DNA of 60,885 nt, filler included, from Malassezia furfur (taxonomy: Eukaryota), in assembly GCA_052055015.1 (NCBI GenBank). It is 11 parts of 11 records of this genome, joined end to end, with 100 filler letters (N's around TTAATTAATTAA, not from the genome) between each part and the next. Parts side by side here need not be neighbours in the genome. Positions count along the whole stretch, not along the records: positions 33,447 to 38,867 come from JBQJIT010000602.1; positions 38,968 to 44,379 come from JBQJIT010000603.1; positions 44,480 to 49,889 come from JBQJIT010000604.1; 8 more parts are not named here. One strand, 5' to 3'. Made by a program: the position numbers and the translations under genes. Below the pieces are notes generated by a model, which worked only from the letters and a program-made list of their open reading frames with translations, made no database searches and had not been told where the DNA came from. Below, in pieces: positions 34,109-49,405 of the stretch (its first letter is position 1; each line of letters starts with the position of its first letter).

Positions 34109-35965
34109 TCATCGATGACCGCGTTGACCACGGGGAGTGTCCGGGGATGCGTGCGACGCACTCGAGGTGCGACGGGGGGAGGAGACGTGAAACCCGGGTG
34201 AGCTGGGGCTGATCCCAATGCTAAGTCCGCGCTCGACCAGAATTCCGTAGAGCGTGGGGCGGTGCATGGAGTTGATGTGCGCACGGTCCGGGGAGCGGAT
34301 GCCCTCGTTCAGGCCATGGTCCAACGAGATCGTCGGGCGCTCGGTCCCGAACGGCAGGCTAACGCTCCGCTGCGGCCGCGGAACCACGCGTGGCCCCAAA
34401 GGCGCGTTGTGCGCAATGTGCGGTAAGGCGTGCGAGCTTCCCGAGGCATGGCGTGGAGACGTCCGCTCGGCCTCGAGTGCGCCCGAATACAGTGGGCCGG
34501 CCAGCGGCGAGACGGCGGCACCTTCGACAAGGGCGTTTTCATGCCAGGCCGCTGGGTCGTGCCACCCGGGGCCCCAGAGCGTGACGTCCTCTTCTTCGCC
34601 CACCTCGTCGTCCTTGTAAGGGCTGCGGTGCAGCGAAATGATCCACACACCACACAGCAGCAGTGCAGTACCCATGCAAATGCACGCGACGTCGGTCCAA
34701 GAGAGCTGCTCGAGCTCGTTGAAGTATGTTAGCCCCAACGTGATAGACGAAATGTTGTAGAAGCAAAAGGCCAGCGGGCACACCAGCACCGGGTCGGCGA
34801 GTTTGAGGCTTTTGTTCAAGTACCACAGCTGGAGGAGCGCGGCGGCGAGCAGGATACTGATCAACATCCAGCTCAGCGGACTGGAAAGCTGGTTGTTCCC
34901 ACGCACGGTCAGGACGAGCAGGTCGACACCGCTCTTGGCCAACAACAGACACACACCGCTCAACGTCCCGCTCGTAGCGCTGTAAGCCACTGCCAGTGCC
35001 AACACGGTCGGTCGGTTTTCAGGAAGGGAGAAGACAGAGGGAATTGTGGGCTTTTGGGCATCAGCCTCGACGTCTCGCACGGGGGCAGCGGGGGTCGAAT
35101 TGGCGCGTTTCAACGGTGTTCGTTTATGCGGGATCGCACCATAGGATGGTCGCCGCTCGCCCGATGGTCCCGTGCGCGACGCATCCATCAAGGTGCCATG
35201 CATGCTTTTTCCCGCATCCAGGTCGGTTGCCAGGGTGTCAATAAGTAATTTTGTGCGTTCGGTGTTGAGTGCTGGCGTCGGGTTCGGTGTCGCGATCCCC
35301 GACGAGTTTTCACTCACTTCTGCAACGGTCGCGAGTGCTGGCGTAGATCGTCGTCGACGCGCTAGTGAGCGCCAGCGGCGGCGCATTCTACCGCGCTGCT
35401 GCTGGAGGTTGGGCTGCCACAGGAGCTGCCACTCGGTCAAATGGGCCATGGTTAGGATCGAGACAAATACGAGCAGGTAAAGCATCGCGAACGCCACAAA
35501 CGGCGGGCGCGTATATAGCTCGAGCAGCTCGTGTAGCGAGTGAGGCTCCTCGCCCACCGCGCCAAAATACCCGATCAACACGGCACCGACCGCAATCAAC
35601 GAAGAGCCTGGGTCAGTGCGCACGGCGTACCGAGCAACATGTGTTGCGACAGGAAGTCGTCGAGGAGCGCACGCGCGAGCAACGCATTGTACAGCAAGCT
35701 CACGGCGCCAAGCGGTGCCAATATGACAATGGGCAGCGTCCCGATCTGGAAGATCGTCCCGCTGATGTTGGCCGCCAGAAACACGACGAACCCGACGACC
35801 CATAAGGGGCGGTGCCATTCCGAGCGCCGCTCCGAGTCTGGAAGGCGCTCATTATGCAGGTGAGAGCGCCGTTGGATGGTGAGGCCTACATCAGTGCGTG
35901 CACCTACCCAAGCTCTGTACGAAACTCGCCAGAAGCCCGAGGCCGACCGCTGTGGGCACGTCCAT
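34109..35965 (-). CDS. NIPA-family (DUF803) Mg2+ transporter-like membrane protein
   Basis: SLGLTIQRRSH, RPLWVVGF, ILAPLGAVSLLYNALLA, YLNKSLKLADPVLVCPLAFCFYN; introns 35886-35907 (22) and 35608-35630 (23). Confidence 0.88.
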
Positions 35966-36006
35966 GCCCTGAGAGTGTGGAGGGTGGAGGTGCGCCTGAC
36001 GCGGCG

Positions 36007-38688
36007 ATGCACGTACCGCCGGACGGTCCGCGGCGGCGGCCGACCGACCCGATCCCCATCCGCTCTCCGTCGCGGAGGCGGAGTTCGGGGAGTGCCAGCA
36101 TTGCGTCTGACTCCAGTACACCCTGGTCGTCGTCGCCCGCGTCGATCACGCGCTCGTTCACCGAGTCGATCCAGGGGCTCCAGAGCCGCTATGCAGACTG
36201 GAAGCAGTCTACCAAGGCATTCCGGCAGATGCGCGCCGACGGACCGCGCGATACGGCGCCGGACATGCCAGCACCCCCGCCGTCGCCCGTGGGTACGTCG
36301 CTACTCGAGCCCCTCGAGCGCATCGTACCCGACGTGCTGCGCCACGGCGAGCCGCTGCTGAAAGTCACCCAGAACAAAGTGGCGCAGCGCACTTTTCGCG
36401 TCGACACCGAGTCGGCATCGATCGTGTGGGCGAGCAAAAAGAACAACCAGGTGCCGCTGTATGCGATCCGCGACGTGCGTCTTGGCGCCGAGGCGCAATC
36501 CTACCGGCATGCGCTGCAAATCGCCGACTCGCACGAGCCGCGGTGGATCTCGATCATCTACCAGACGCCCAAGGCGTACAAGGCGGTACACATGATTGCG
36601 CTCTCGCCCGAGTCGCTGCAGCGCTGGCGCGACACGCTGCTCAGCGTGCTGTTGCAGCGCCAGGCGCTACTGTCGGGCCATGTGCCGGCGGCGACAACGC
36701 AGTCGCACTGGCTGCGTGCGTCGTGGCAGCGCGACCAAGGCGCGCTGTCGATTGAGGATGTGGCGCGCCTGCTGCAGCGCACGGGCATTCAGTGTGGCGG
36801 CAGTGATCTGCGCATGCACTTTGACGCCGCCGACAAGGACCGCCGCGGCGTACTCCACTTTGAGGCGTTCCAGCGGTTTGTCGCGGCGCTCAAGCGACGC
36901 ACGGACGTCGAGGCTCTGTTTGCGCGCTGGACGTCAACCGATGTCTTGCCGCTTGCGGCCTTTACGGCGTTTGTGCGCGACGAGCAGCGTGAGACGTGGG
37001 ACGATGCGTACGTCCACGCGGTGTATGCACGGTATGCGGGGCCTGCCGGCATGTCGTGCGACCAATTTTTGGCGTTCTTGGCGTCGCGCGACAATGCGCC
37101 GATCACGGTGGTGCGCCCCGCGCGCCAAGAGGCATTGAACGAGCCGCTGAGCGACTACTTCATCAGCTCGAGCCACAATACCTACCTCGTTGGCGGGCAG
37201 TGGAAGGGCGACAGCACCGTCGAGGGTTACGTGCGTGCGCTGCAGCAGGGCGCTCGCAGCGTCGAACTCGACTGCTGGGACGGCCCCCACGGCCAGCCCC
37301 AAGTGACACACGGACGCACGCTCACGAGCAAGGTGCCGCTCGACGACGTGATTGCGGCGATTGCGCAGTACGCGTTTGTCGCATCGCCCTACCCCCTCAT
37401 TCTCTCGCTTGAGGTGCACAACGACGTTGCGCAGCAGGAGGCGATCGCCGCATCGCTGCACACACACCTCAGCCCGATGCTCGTCACTGAGCCGCTACCC
37501 GACGTGCCGAGCGGCACGCTGCCGAGCCCCGAGCAGCTACGCGGGCGCATCCTGGTCAAGTTTAAGGACTGGACGCTGATTCGTGCGATGGAGCGCGCAT
37601 TCGACCTCGCCGCAGACGATGTGCAGACATCCACGACCACGGACCACACCGAGTCCGAAGGCGACTCGCTGCTGGGCCACGCGCGCGGCCTGGTGCGGCA
37701 CATGCGGCGGCCGCTGCGCAAAGAAGAGACGGCGCGGCGCACCGAGCACCCTGTGGCGCATGCGCTCTCGGCACTGCTCGTGTACACGGTCGGTGTGCGC
37801 TTCCGCGGGATCAACAAGAAGGAGCAGTACGCCGTGGAACATGTGTTTTCGCTGTCGGAGCGCAAGGCGTTGCGCATGATCCGGCAGAGCAACGCGGACC
37901 TCGTGAAGCACAACGTGACGCACCTCACGCGCGTGTACCCCAGTCTCTCGACGTTGAGCCGGCTGCACAGCAGCAGTGCCAACTTTCTGCCGAACGACAT
38001 GTGGGCCGCCGGGTGCCAGCTCGTGGCGCTCAATTGGCAGACGCGCGACCGCGGCATGGAGATGAACCAGGCATTCTTCGCGTCGAGCAACGGTGGGTAC
38101 CGACTCAAGCCCGAGGGGCTGCGTGTGCGCTCCTTGTTAAAAAATGCTGCGGGCACAGTGTGTGTGCGGCTGCACCTCACCATCGTCTCCGCGCAGCAGC
38201 TGCCCATGTCAAGCGACGGCGAGATGAGCACACACGTCCACCTCGCCGTCCACACGCCGATGCAGTGGGGCAAGGCCGCGCGCGTCCTCGACACGGGCCC
38301 CGGCGGCGTGCCGGCCTCGCCGCGTCTTTCGCACCCTGCGTCGTTCCGCACGGCGAGCGCCGCGTCGGGTTTGGCGCCGCAGTGGAACGCATCGTGCACG
38401 GTGCAGCTCGACCTGCCCGCACCGCTCGCATCCGAGGCGGCGCAGGCGTCTACCCTGCATGCGGCGACGCGCGGCCTGCTTGACCTGTGCTTTGTGCGCT
38501 TCGCCGTGTACAACGATGCGGACGCCGGCAACGCGGTGTCGATCGGCTCGTGCACCGCCAATCTCGGCACGCTCCGCGCGGGCTATCGCCATCTGCCGCT
38601 GTACGACACACAGCTCTCGCGGCTACTCTACGCGACGCTCTTTGTCCATACCCACTATACCCTCGAGCGCGCGCCGCCGCCTTTGTAG
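36007..38688 (+). CDS. PLC1: Phosphoinositide-specific phospholipase C
   Basis: PH and EF-hand regions, X box (YFISSSHNTYL, ELDCWDG, HGRTLTS), Y box (LTRVYP, GCQLVALNWQT), C2 (GYRHLPL). Start uncertain. Confidence 0.95.
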   Translation: MHVPPDGPRRRPTDPIPIRSPSRRRSSGSASIASDSSTPWSSSPASITRSFTESIQGLQSRYADWKQSTKAFRQMRADGPRDTAPDMPAPPPSPVGTSLLEPLERIVPDVLRHGEPLLKVTQNKVAQRTFRVDTESASIVWASKKNNQVPLYAIRDVRLGAEAQSYRHALQIADSHEPRWISIIYQTPKAYKAVHMIALSPESLQRWRDTLLSVLLQRQALLSGHVPAATTQSHWLRASWQRDQGALSIEDVARLLQRTGIQCGGSDLRMHFDAADKDRRGVLHFEAFQRFVAALKRRTDVEALFARWTSTDVLPLAAFTAFVRDEQRETWDDAYVHAVYARYAGPAGMSCDQFLAFLASRDNAPITVVRPARQEALNEPLSDYFISSSHNTYLVGGQWKGDSTVEGYVRALQQGARSVELDCWDGPHGQPQVTHGRTLTSKVPLDDVIAAIAQYAFVASPYPLILSLEVHNDVAQQEAIAASLHTHLSPMLVTEPLPDVPSGTLPSPEQLRGRILVKFKDWTLIRAMERAFDLAADDVQTSTTTDHTESEGDSLLGHARGLVRHMRRPLRKEETARRTEHPVAHALSALLVYTVGVRFRGINKKEQYAVEHVFSLSERKALRMIRQSNADLVKHNVTHLTRVYPSLSTLSRLHSSSANFLPNDMWAAGCQLVALNWQTRDRGMEMNQAFFASSNGGYRLKPEGLRVRSLLKNAAGTVCVRLHLTIVSAQQLPMSSDGEMSTHVHLAVHTPMQWGKAARVLDTGPGGVPASPRLSHPASFRTASAASGLAPQWNASCTVQLDLPAPLASEAAQASTLHAATRGLLDLCFVRFAVYNDADAGNAVSIGSCTANLGTLRAGYRHLPLYDTQLSRLLYATLFVHTHYTLERAPPPL

Positions 38689-38736
38689 TGTACGCGAATT
38701 CAGCGGCGATTTTGACTAGCTCTGTAAGCTATGCAC

Positions 38737-38867
38737 TCAGCCCAGCGAGGGGAACGCAGACTTGTCCTCGAGGTTCACGACGGGGGCGCTGCTGCGGGGC
38801 GCCGACGCACCACCACGGCCACCACGGCCACGGCCGGCACCACGGCCACGCTCGCCACGGCCGCGCG
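38737..38867 (-). CDS. Stm1/SERBP1-like RGG RNA-binding protein, C-terminal fragment
   Basis: Reads RGRGERGRGAGRGRGGRGG..VNLEDKSAFPSLG*; RGG box plus FPSL terminus is typical of the family. Confidence 0.7.
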
Positions 38868-39050
38868 NNNNNNNNNNNNNNNNNNNNNNNNNNNNNNNNN
38901 NNNNNNNNNNNTTAATTAATTAANNNNNNNNNNNNNNNNNNNNNNNNNNNNNNNNNNNNNNNNNNNNGTCTCACCCATTAACCACTCTGGCAAGTTGCCA
39001 ATAACTTGATCGTGTGCGCTTAATTCGTGCTATGAACACCACGATCTTTT

Positions 39051-42103
<3,053 letters not shown>

Positions 42104-42421
42104 GGTGATGACGAGTGGTGTAAACGGAGGAAAACTCGGGTTCCGTCTGGTACGTTGATGAGAACCGCAATCACACACGGCACGTGCCGGCGGTCTTCGG
42201 TGCGGCGCCGCGCGTCGTTGGTTGGTCCGCGAGCATGTCCGGTTCCGGCCGAGGCGTGCAAAAAAAAAAGTAGATGACCGCACCGTGCCTCGGCAGACGC
42301 GTGGACCGACAGGGTCCATGCGCCGCGCCCGCGTGCGGTCGAGCCACGCCGCGGCACGCGCGTGCACTGGAGCACGAGGCGCCAATGTGGAGCACGATGC
42401 TGGGCAACCCTGTTCACTACG

Positions 42422-44379
42422 CTACAAAGGCTGAAGCCACCGCGCAAGCTCGCCGAGCTCGCTGTGCATCGAGCTATAGACATGCTGGACACACAGCGCG
42501 GTAATCGAGTTGCAGATGCGCGAAACAAGCTGCAAGAACACGTGCATGAGCTCCGCGTCCGTGGCCTCTTCGCGCACCGCAATGATCAGCAGCTCGGGGT
42601 TGCGCGCGATGAGCTGCTCGACGATGCGGTTGCGTTCGGGATGCGATGGCACTGAGTGCATCTGCATGAGCGAGTGACCTTCGCTGGGCTCGGGAATGTC
42701 GACGGTCGGGAGGCACACGCCCGACGTGAGCGCCTCGAGACGCAGGCAGACGATGCCGAGCTGCTTGACCTGCTCGATGTCGAGCACGTGGTGCGTCGGC
42801 TCGTACATGAGCAGCGTGGTATCACTCGCCCGCACGTGCGACATGAATCGGTACCGGCCACTGAGTTGCTTGGGGTATGCGAGCGACAGGCGCTCGGGAA
42901 TCTCGATGCCCTTTAGCCGGCGTTCGCCGACCGAGATGATGCCGAGGCCGAGTCGGCGCAAAAACACCACGTCGCGCGGCACGGGGTCCACGGCGGGTGC
43001 GGCGGCATCGGTGGGCGACACCTCCATGTCTTCGTACTTTTTCAAGAGCGACTCGAGCTCGGTGACCACGTCGCGGCTCACGAGAATCTGCCCGCCGTCG
43101 GCGGCGTTGCTGATCCGTGCTGCGCGGTTGACCATCGGCCCGAAGTAGTCCATACGGTTGTTCACCGGGTCCACCTCGCACACCGGGTAGCCCCAGTGGA
43201 CGCCCATGCGCACCGACAGACCGCGGTAGAGGAGCGTGCCGTCCTCGTCGTATACGGGAAAGCCGTCGTCGCTGTCCAGAATTTCCTGGGGCCAGTCGAC
43301 GGTAAGCAGGCGTAGCTGCACGGTGAAGCACCAGAGCAGTGCGGCGGTCACGGACGGGAAGGACACCATGAACGCATCGCCTTCCGTCTTCGCCTCGTAG
43401 CCCCCGATGCTGCGCAGCTGCCGGCGGAGGAGCAGGTTGTGGAGGCGGATCGCCGATTGCATCCCCGGGTTCGTCTCCCAGAGCAGCGTGGAGTGCTTGA
43501 TGTCGGTGAACACGAGCGCCACCTGACCGATCGGCGGGAGCACCTCGCGCTCGAGGCGCGCGAGTGTGCTGTCGTTGTCCGCGCGGCTGCGGCGCGCCGT
43601 CTTCTTCGAGACGTCGTGCACGCGCTGCAGCAGCAGACTTTGCGTGTTGTTTACGTGCGGCTCGTGGAAGATGGCGCTCACCGCAACGACCATCACGGCA
43701 ATGTGGCGTGTCGCGCCGTAGCTGATCGCAATGTCGCGCAGACGCTCGCTCGCCTGCCGGGGATTGTCGCGGTCCATGCGCGCAATGTCGACCGCCATCT
43801 GGTAGGGCAGGTAGCGCCACAGCTCGGCGTTAGCCACAATCACGAGCTCGTCTGCGTCGCTCAGCTCGACGCACATCACCGACGGGCACGCGCTGACGAT
43901 CGGCGTGAGCTGGAAGTGCCCGAACGCACGGGCGACGTGCAGCTTGTCGTTCACGTAGCCGCGCAGCGACACCCACCCCTCGGCGTTGCGGATGCGCTGC
44001 GTCTCGTCGCGGTCGAGCGGGTCATGCTGCGTGCCGAGCACGCGGATCGATCCGCCGCCGCGCGACAGCACCGCGAGCGCGTCGCCCACATTGGCAATGT
44101 ACAGATGGCGCCCGCGCTGATACACCAAGATCGCCGAGGCGCCCGCCTCCCATAGGCTCTTGTGCACGCTCGGCGTCGCGGCAGGCCACCCCCAAAACAT
44201 CTCCTGCGGCCCGGCTCCGGAGGCGGCAGCGGCCGCGTTCGACGCCGCCGCGATGTTTGCCGCCTGCGTGCTCGCCGACGGCGCGCCTTCCTTGCCGACG
44301 TCGAGCGCAAGGACGTGCGAGGCATACGCCTGGTCCAGCCGCAGAAACGTGCGGCGCAGGGCGGCGTGCACCGCCTCGG
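42422..44379 (-). CDS. CYR1: Adenylate cyclase (PP2C-like and catalytic domains), 5'-truncated
   Basis: ANVGD PP2C-like region; VFTDIK.ST.LWE, GYEAKTEGDAFMV, GLSVRMGVHWG, DYFGPMVNRAARI. Confidence 0.95.
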
Positions 44380-44479
44380 NNNNNNNNNNNNNNNNNNNNN
44401 NNNNNNNNNNNNNNNNNNNNNNNTTAATTAATTAANNNNNNNNNNNNNNNNNNNNNNNNNNNNNNNNNNNNNNNNNNNN

Positions 44480-45486
44480 CCGACGTCGGCGACGCGCTCT
44501 ACGCCTCGGCGGGCATCAGCGCGGGCGCCGGCGCCCAGCGCCTCGAGCAGATGGTGCACCCGCGCGCATCGGCCCACTTTGCCTCCACCAAGGTGCGCAC
44601 GGCGTTCTGCGTGGGCGACACGCTGCGCGGGGCGCTGCCGCGCGTCGAGCTCGCCGGCACGCCGCCGTTCACGCTGCGCATGACGCTGCGGCCCGACGCG
44701 GCGTCGGCGGTGCCCGCGCACGACGCGCACGCCGCGCACACCTTCACGCGGCACATCGACGACACGCACTACACGCCGCAGCTCGACGCGGACGCGTTTG
44801 TGTTTGGCGCGAGCGGCGCGTGGACGCTCGCGCTCGACGAGGTGCGCGACGCGACGGGGTGCGCCGCGTCGCTGGCCGAGCAGCCCGCGCTGCGCCTCGA
44901 CGTGGTCGAGACCGCGGGCATCGCGCCCGCCTCGACGCGCACCGACTACTGCGTCGGCGAGCAGATCGACTACGTGCTCCAGGGCATGCCGCCGTGGACG
45001 GTGCACTACACGTTCAACGGGCGCGAGCGGCGCGCGACCTCCAAGACGCCCGAGTTTGCGCGCACCGCCGACGAGCCGGGCACGCTCGTGGTGCACAGCG
45101 CGGCGCACCAGCAGAACCAGTGCCGCAGCACGCGCACGGCGACCACCGCGCACATCCACGCGCTGCCCAGCGCGCGCGTCTCGAGCGGGCGCCACCGCGT
45201 CGAGTCGCTGCACCGCGGGCACGAGGCGACGATCACGTTTACGCTCACGGGCGAGCCGCCGTTCGCGTTCACGTACCAGCGCACCGAGCCCGTCGACACG
45301 GTCGCGCGCCCGCGCGTCCTCGAGACGCACACCGTCGAGCGCGTCGAGGGGCACACCTACACCCTCCACACCACGCAGGAGGGCACGTGGAGCGTCGTCT
45401 GGCTGCAGGACCGCTGGTGCCAGGTGTCGCTCGGCGAGGCCAGTGGGCCGGCGGCGTGGGACGCGGCGCGGCGCAGCGCACCATAG
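44480..45486 (+). CDS. POM152: Nucleoporin Pom152 lumenal Ig-like repeats, 5'-truncated
   Basis: Repeated L.G.PPF/W Ig-like units, YCVGE, FTLTGEPPFAFTYQR, EGTW.V..LQDRWC. Confidence 0.88.
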
Positions 45487-45615
45487 CTACTCGGATAACA
45501 AAACGCGAAAAGTGAAGAGCTGTGGCATGTACGTAGGTCCCTGGGGGGTAGGGGGAGAGAAAATGCGTGACCAACCAATCCGTACTGGGGGCACCCCATC
45601 CAAAAACAGCTTGTA

Positions 45616-47009
45616 TTACGCGTTGGACGGGGTGAGCTGCGTCCAGGAGCTAAACACCGGCAGGCTGCTCGGCTCCAGCTCGCTCATACCGCCCGAGGGG
45701 AAGGCGCCGTCGTGGGCAGGCAAGGAAGTACTGTACAGACCGAACGTGCTGTCGGGGCCCTCGAGATCGCTCAAGGACCGCGGCTCCATGCTCGGCTCAA
45801 GCCCATCCAGCGACGCCGGCGCCAGCTGCGGCGACAGCGGCGAGAAGTTCATCGACATCGGGCCGCCAAGCACACTCGATCCGCCCTCGCTCATCGTATT
45901 GGTATCCACGGAGGACGGGGTGTTGGCCATCGTGCTCGGCAACTGTTGTGTATCACTGAACAGCTTCAGCGGGGTGTCCAGCGTCGTGTTCAGCTCGTTC
46001 GGGTCCACCATGGTCGACTCGCTCTCGAGCGACGCAAGCGACATGCCCGACAGCGACTGCCCAAAGTCGGGGAACGGCGGCACCGTCGCGTACGAGTCGG
46101 ACGGCGACAGCGACGCCTGCTTGGCACCGTTCGCACCGCCGTCCATCCACGACATGCTCATCAGCGACGGCGAATCGGTGCCGATCGACGCAGGCGGCGC
46201 ACTCAGCTCCAGCAGCGACGGGTCCGCCGTGGACCGCAGCGAGGCGATCGAGTCCTGCTGCGGCGACATGGCATTCGCCGCGCCGAGCTCCACCGGGGTC
46301 ATCGTGGGGGGGACTGCCCATGCACCCATCTCCTTGGCCGGAATCCCCTGCGTGGTGGCCCAGGCAGGGGGGATCGTCGCTTCCGGCGCCGGAGCAGACT
46401 GCATCAAGGCCGCCGACAGATCGGCGGGGTTCGCTTGCGTCACCGCATTCATCTGTGCCACGGGTATGGTAAACGTCGGCGACTGGGCTTTGGGATCAAA
46501 CGGCAGGTGCATCGGGGTTATGCCCGTCGCACCCATCTTCTCGTCGGCAGAATTCTCAGACGTATGATTGTTCGGGTTGTGGTGCGCCGGCGTCGAGGCG
46601 GCCATCCGGGCAGCCTTGCGCTCGCGGCTGAGACGCTTGCGCTCGCGCGAGAGCAGGTTGTCGTGCTCCGAGACACGCTCGTACTCGCACTTGCGCTGCA
46701 GGCGCGTGCAAGTATAGCACGACGGCTGGGCGCCATCACAGCGGATTTTTCTGATCGTTAGATGGCGCATCATACGTACCGATGGCGGCAGTGCACGCAT
46801 GCCATAGCGACACGGCAGCGGAACTTGTTGGGTCCAGTCCGTCCGTTTTGAGCATCGCGCGAATCGTGTTTGCCGTGCGACCCTTCATGGTTGGGGGGCG
46901 AGGCCGACGAATCGTCCGAGCGCGACTTGGAATCCCCGTCCGCGTGGAAGTGGACAGGCGATCGGCCCAGGGCAGAGTTATGTTCGGAAGATACAGCGGC
47001 GGCAGCCAT
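45616..47009 (-). CDS. Zn(II)2Cys6 transcription factor
   Basis: ACVHCRHRKIRCDGAQPSCYTCTRLQRKCEY assembled across a 29-nt intron at 46751-46779; Ser/Met-rich acidic tail. Confidence 0.9.
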
Positions 47010-47579
47010 ATTTCGTTCGCACAGAACAAGATCTCGCGGCGGAGCAAAGGAGGTAGCCAGGGGGCGGAGATCAGAGCAGCAAGTGTGTCTTCAGTCCGTG
47101 CGGACAGCGAAAAGACGTTGCCAAGGCGGTGTCTACGAGGTACAGCACCAAGAAGACGGAAGCAATACCGTTGGGTACACTTGCAGGGACAATGCCAAGG
47201 TGCAAAGGGCTTGGCAGTACAAGGGGAAAACCTTGCAAGTGATGCTCAGGTGGTCCTGCCAACAATTCCGCACGGGCGTCTTGCCCTGTCTAGCGCCGCG
47301 GAGCACGTGTGCCAGCTTAGTTGGGTTGTGCCCTAGTCCTGCGGACCAACGTCATTGGGTACGTCATTGTTGGCTATCCGATCTCGATAAGGGATTGGAC
47401 GAATCAGCGGGCGTATACCAAAACTGGCGCCTATCGCCTGATTGGAGAACGGCGCGGATCAACCCCACCCAGGCGCATGGCGGGCTTTAGGGCTTGACGT
47501 GTTCGGCGCTTGGGCCCCCAACGTCCGAACGCACGGCCTGTCAATCTAACCCCATCGCCAAGGGACTGGCGCCCAAAAA

Positions 47580-48610
47580 ATGCTCCGCCTGGCCTGCATA
47601 GCATCGCTTTTAGAGGCACTGGTGCAGTCTGGGGATGAGCATTTTGGTGCAGATACAGCCGTCCTTTCGCTGTACCAAACTGCGGAACTCTACGCCTATG
47701 CAACGCGGGAAGAGAAGCACACGCCGCCCGCACCCAAGCGCAGCCTAATGGCATACACACCAGATACCCCACTCGTCGGCGAGGAGCTCGCACGCGCATA
47801 CTCGGCTATCGCCGTCGCCGCATGGCGCGACCACATCGCACGGTCAGGCCTCGTCACGCCAACGACGCGTACAGCGCCGCGCGCGCGCCCAGAGACCCCG
47901 CCCGAGGGACGTGCGCAGATGTCAAGGCGCTTTGCGCCTGTACACCGTCAAGAGGCCTCGAGCGGCTCCGACACACCGCAGCCGCGCGCGCTCAGCAGCT
48001 CGGTGCGCTTCCAGCCGTCGGAGAGCGCCGACGGCGCCGACGCAGAAGAGCGTCTGTCGACGCCGGACACGGACGGCGTATTAGAGCCCGAGACGCAACC
48101 GATCCAGTTGGAGTGCGAGGTATGTTGCGCATTGCGCTCACGCAGTATGGACGCCTATTGGTGATGCCCGTGCTTATCGCGAGCCTGGACAACACGACCG
48201 AGTCGGGCCGCACGCGTCGCCTGAACCGCGCGTCGCTGCAGCGGCACGACCGGAGCCGGCGTACGTCGCATACGGGCTCGAGCGATGCAGCACTGAGCCG
48301 GCCGAGTCCCGCGATTTTGCGCCTGATGGGCGGTGTGGCCGATGAGGGCACGACCGACCCCGGTTTCTCGACCGAGGAAGAGGCGCCGTCCGGCGCCGAG
48401 ACCGACAAGGACTCGGTGCGCTCCGGGACACGGCGCGGCGAGAATGGCACCGTGATGCTGCTCACGCTGCACACGCGCGATGGCGCGGCGAGCGACGCAC
48501 AGCAGGTCTGGCGCACGCTGCAGCACCAGGCGCTGTGTTTCGCTGAGGCCAACGCCGCCGACGGCCGACCGCTGGCGGAGCTGCTGCAGCGCACGGTCCC
48601 AATCAGCTAG
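47580..48610 (+). CDS. Putative LAMTOR2-like roadblock protein with low-complexity insertions
   Basis: A 26-nt intron at 48120-48145 joins two ORFs; blocks MLR.., LYAYA, ARAYSAIAVAAW, IQLECEYGRLLVMPV, MLLTLH appear colinear with LAMTOR2 by eye. Confidence 0.6.
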
Positions 48611-48807
48611 CGCCGAGACAGCGAAGATTTTATCTATGACGTCATTCTGCATAGTCTATCTGCCCTGGCATCCATGGCCGTGCGCGCCTGGGCCCATTTC
48701 GTAAGTTTGGCGGCGCGCGCACGCACCACGAAGTCACGCTACGTTAGTGCGCATACAGCTTAAATTTCACGTGATGCGCGCATTGTGCCCACTTCGAAGC
48801 GCCCAAG

Positions 48808-49384
48808 ATGGGGGTGACGTGCGTGGTGGTGATGGTGCGTGGCACCCGTGCTGACGCAGGGCGTGTCCGGCGCGGGCAAGTCGACCGTCGGCTCAGAGCT
48901 GGGCGAGGCGCTGCATGTGCCGTTCCTGGACGCAGACGATCTGCACAGTGACGACGCCGTGCACAAGCTGTCGACGGGCGTGCCGCTGACCGACGACGAC
49001 CGGTGGCCGTGGCTGCGCCGTGTGGCCGCGACGACCAAGGAGCGTGCTGCGCAGAACGAGCGGCACATGTGCGTCGTGGCCTGTTCGTCGCTGAAGCGCG
49101 CGTACCGCGACGTGCTGCGCGCGACGCCCGACGCGCGCTTCGTGTTTGTCTACCTGCGCCTGGCGCCTGCGCTGCTCGCCGAGCGCCTTGCGCAGCGCCA
49201 GGGCCACTTTATGAAGGCGGCGATGCTGCAGTCGCAGCTAGATACCCTGGAGGAGCCGCGCGCGGACGAGGGCGACGTGTGCGTCGTGGAGATCACCGCG
49301 GGCATGGCGCGCGCGGCGGTGATCGACGCGGCCGAGGCGCAGCTGCGTGCGTGCCTCGGCGCGGCCGACGGCGCGGCCAAGTAG
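48808..49384 (+). CDS. Gluconokinase (GntK/IdnK family)
   Basis: VVMGVSGAGKST P-loop formed after removing a 25-nt intron at 48835-48859; DADDLH, PLTDDDRWPWL, ACSSLKR.YR, HFMK..MLQSQLDTLE. Confidence 0.93.
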
Positions 49385-49405
49385 CGGGGGGGAGCGGTAG
49401 TACGT

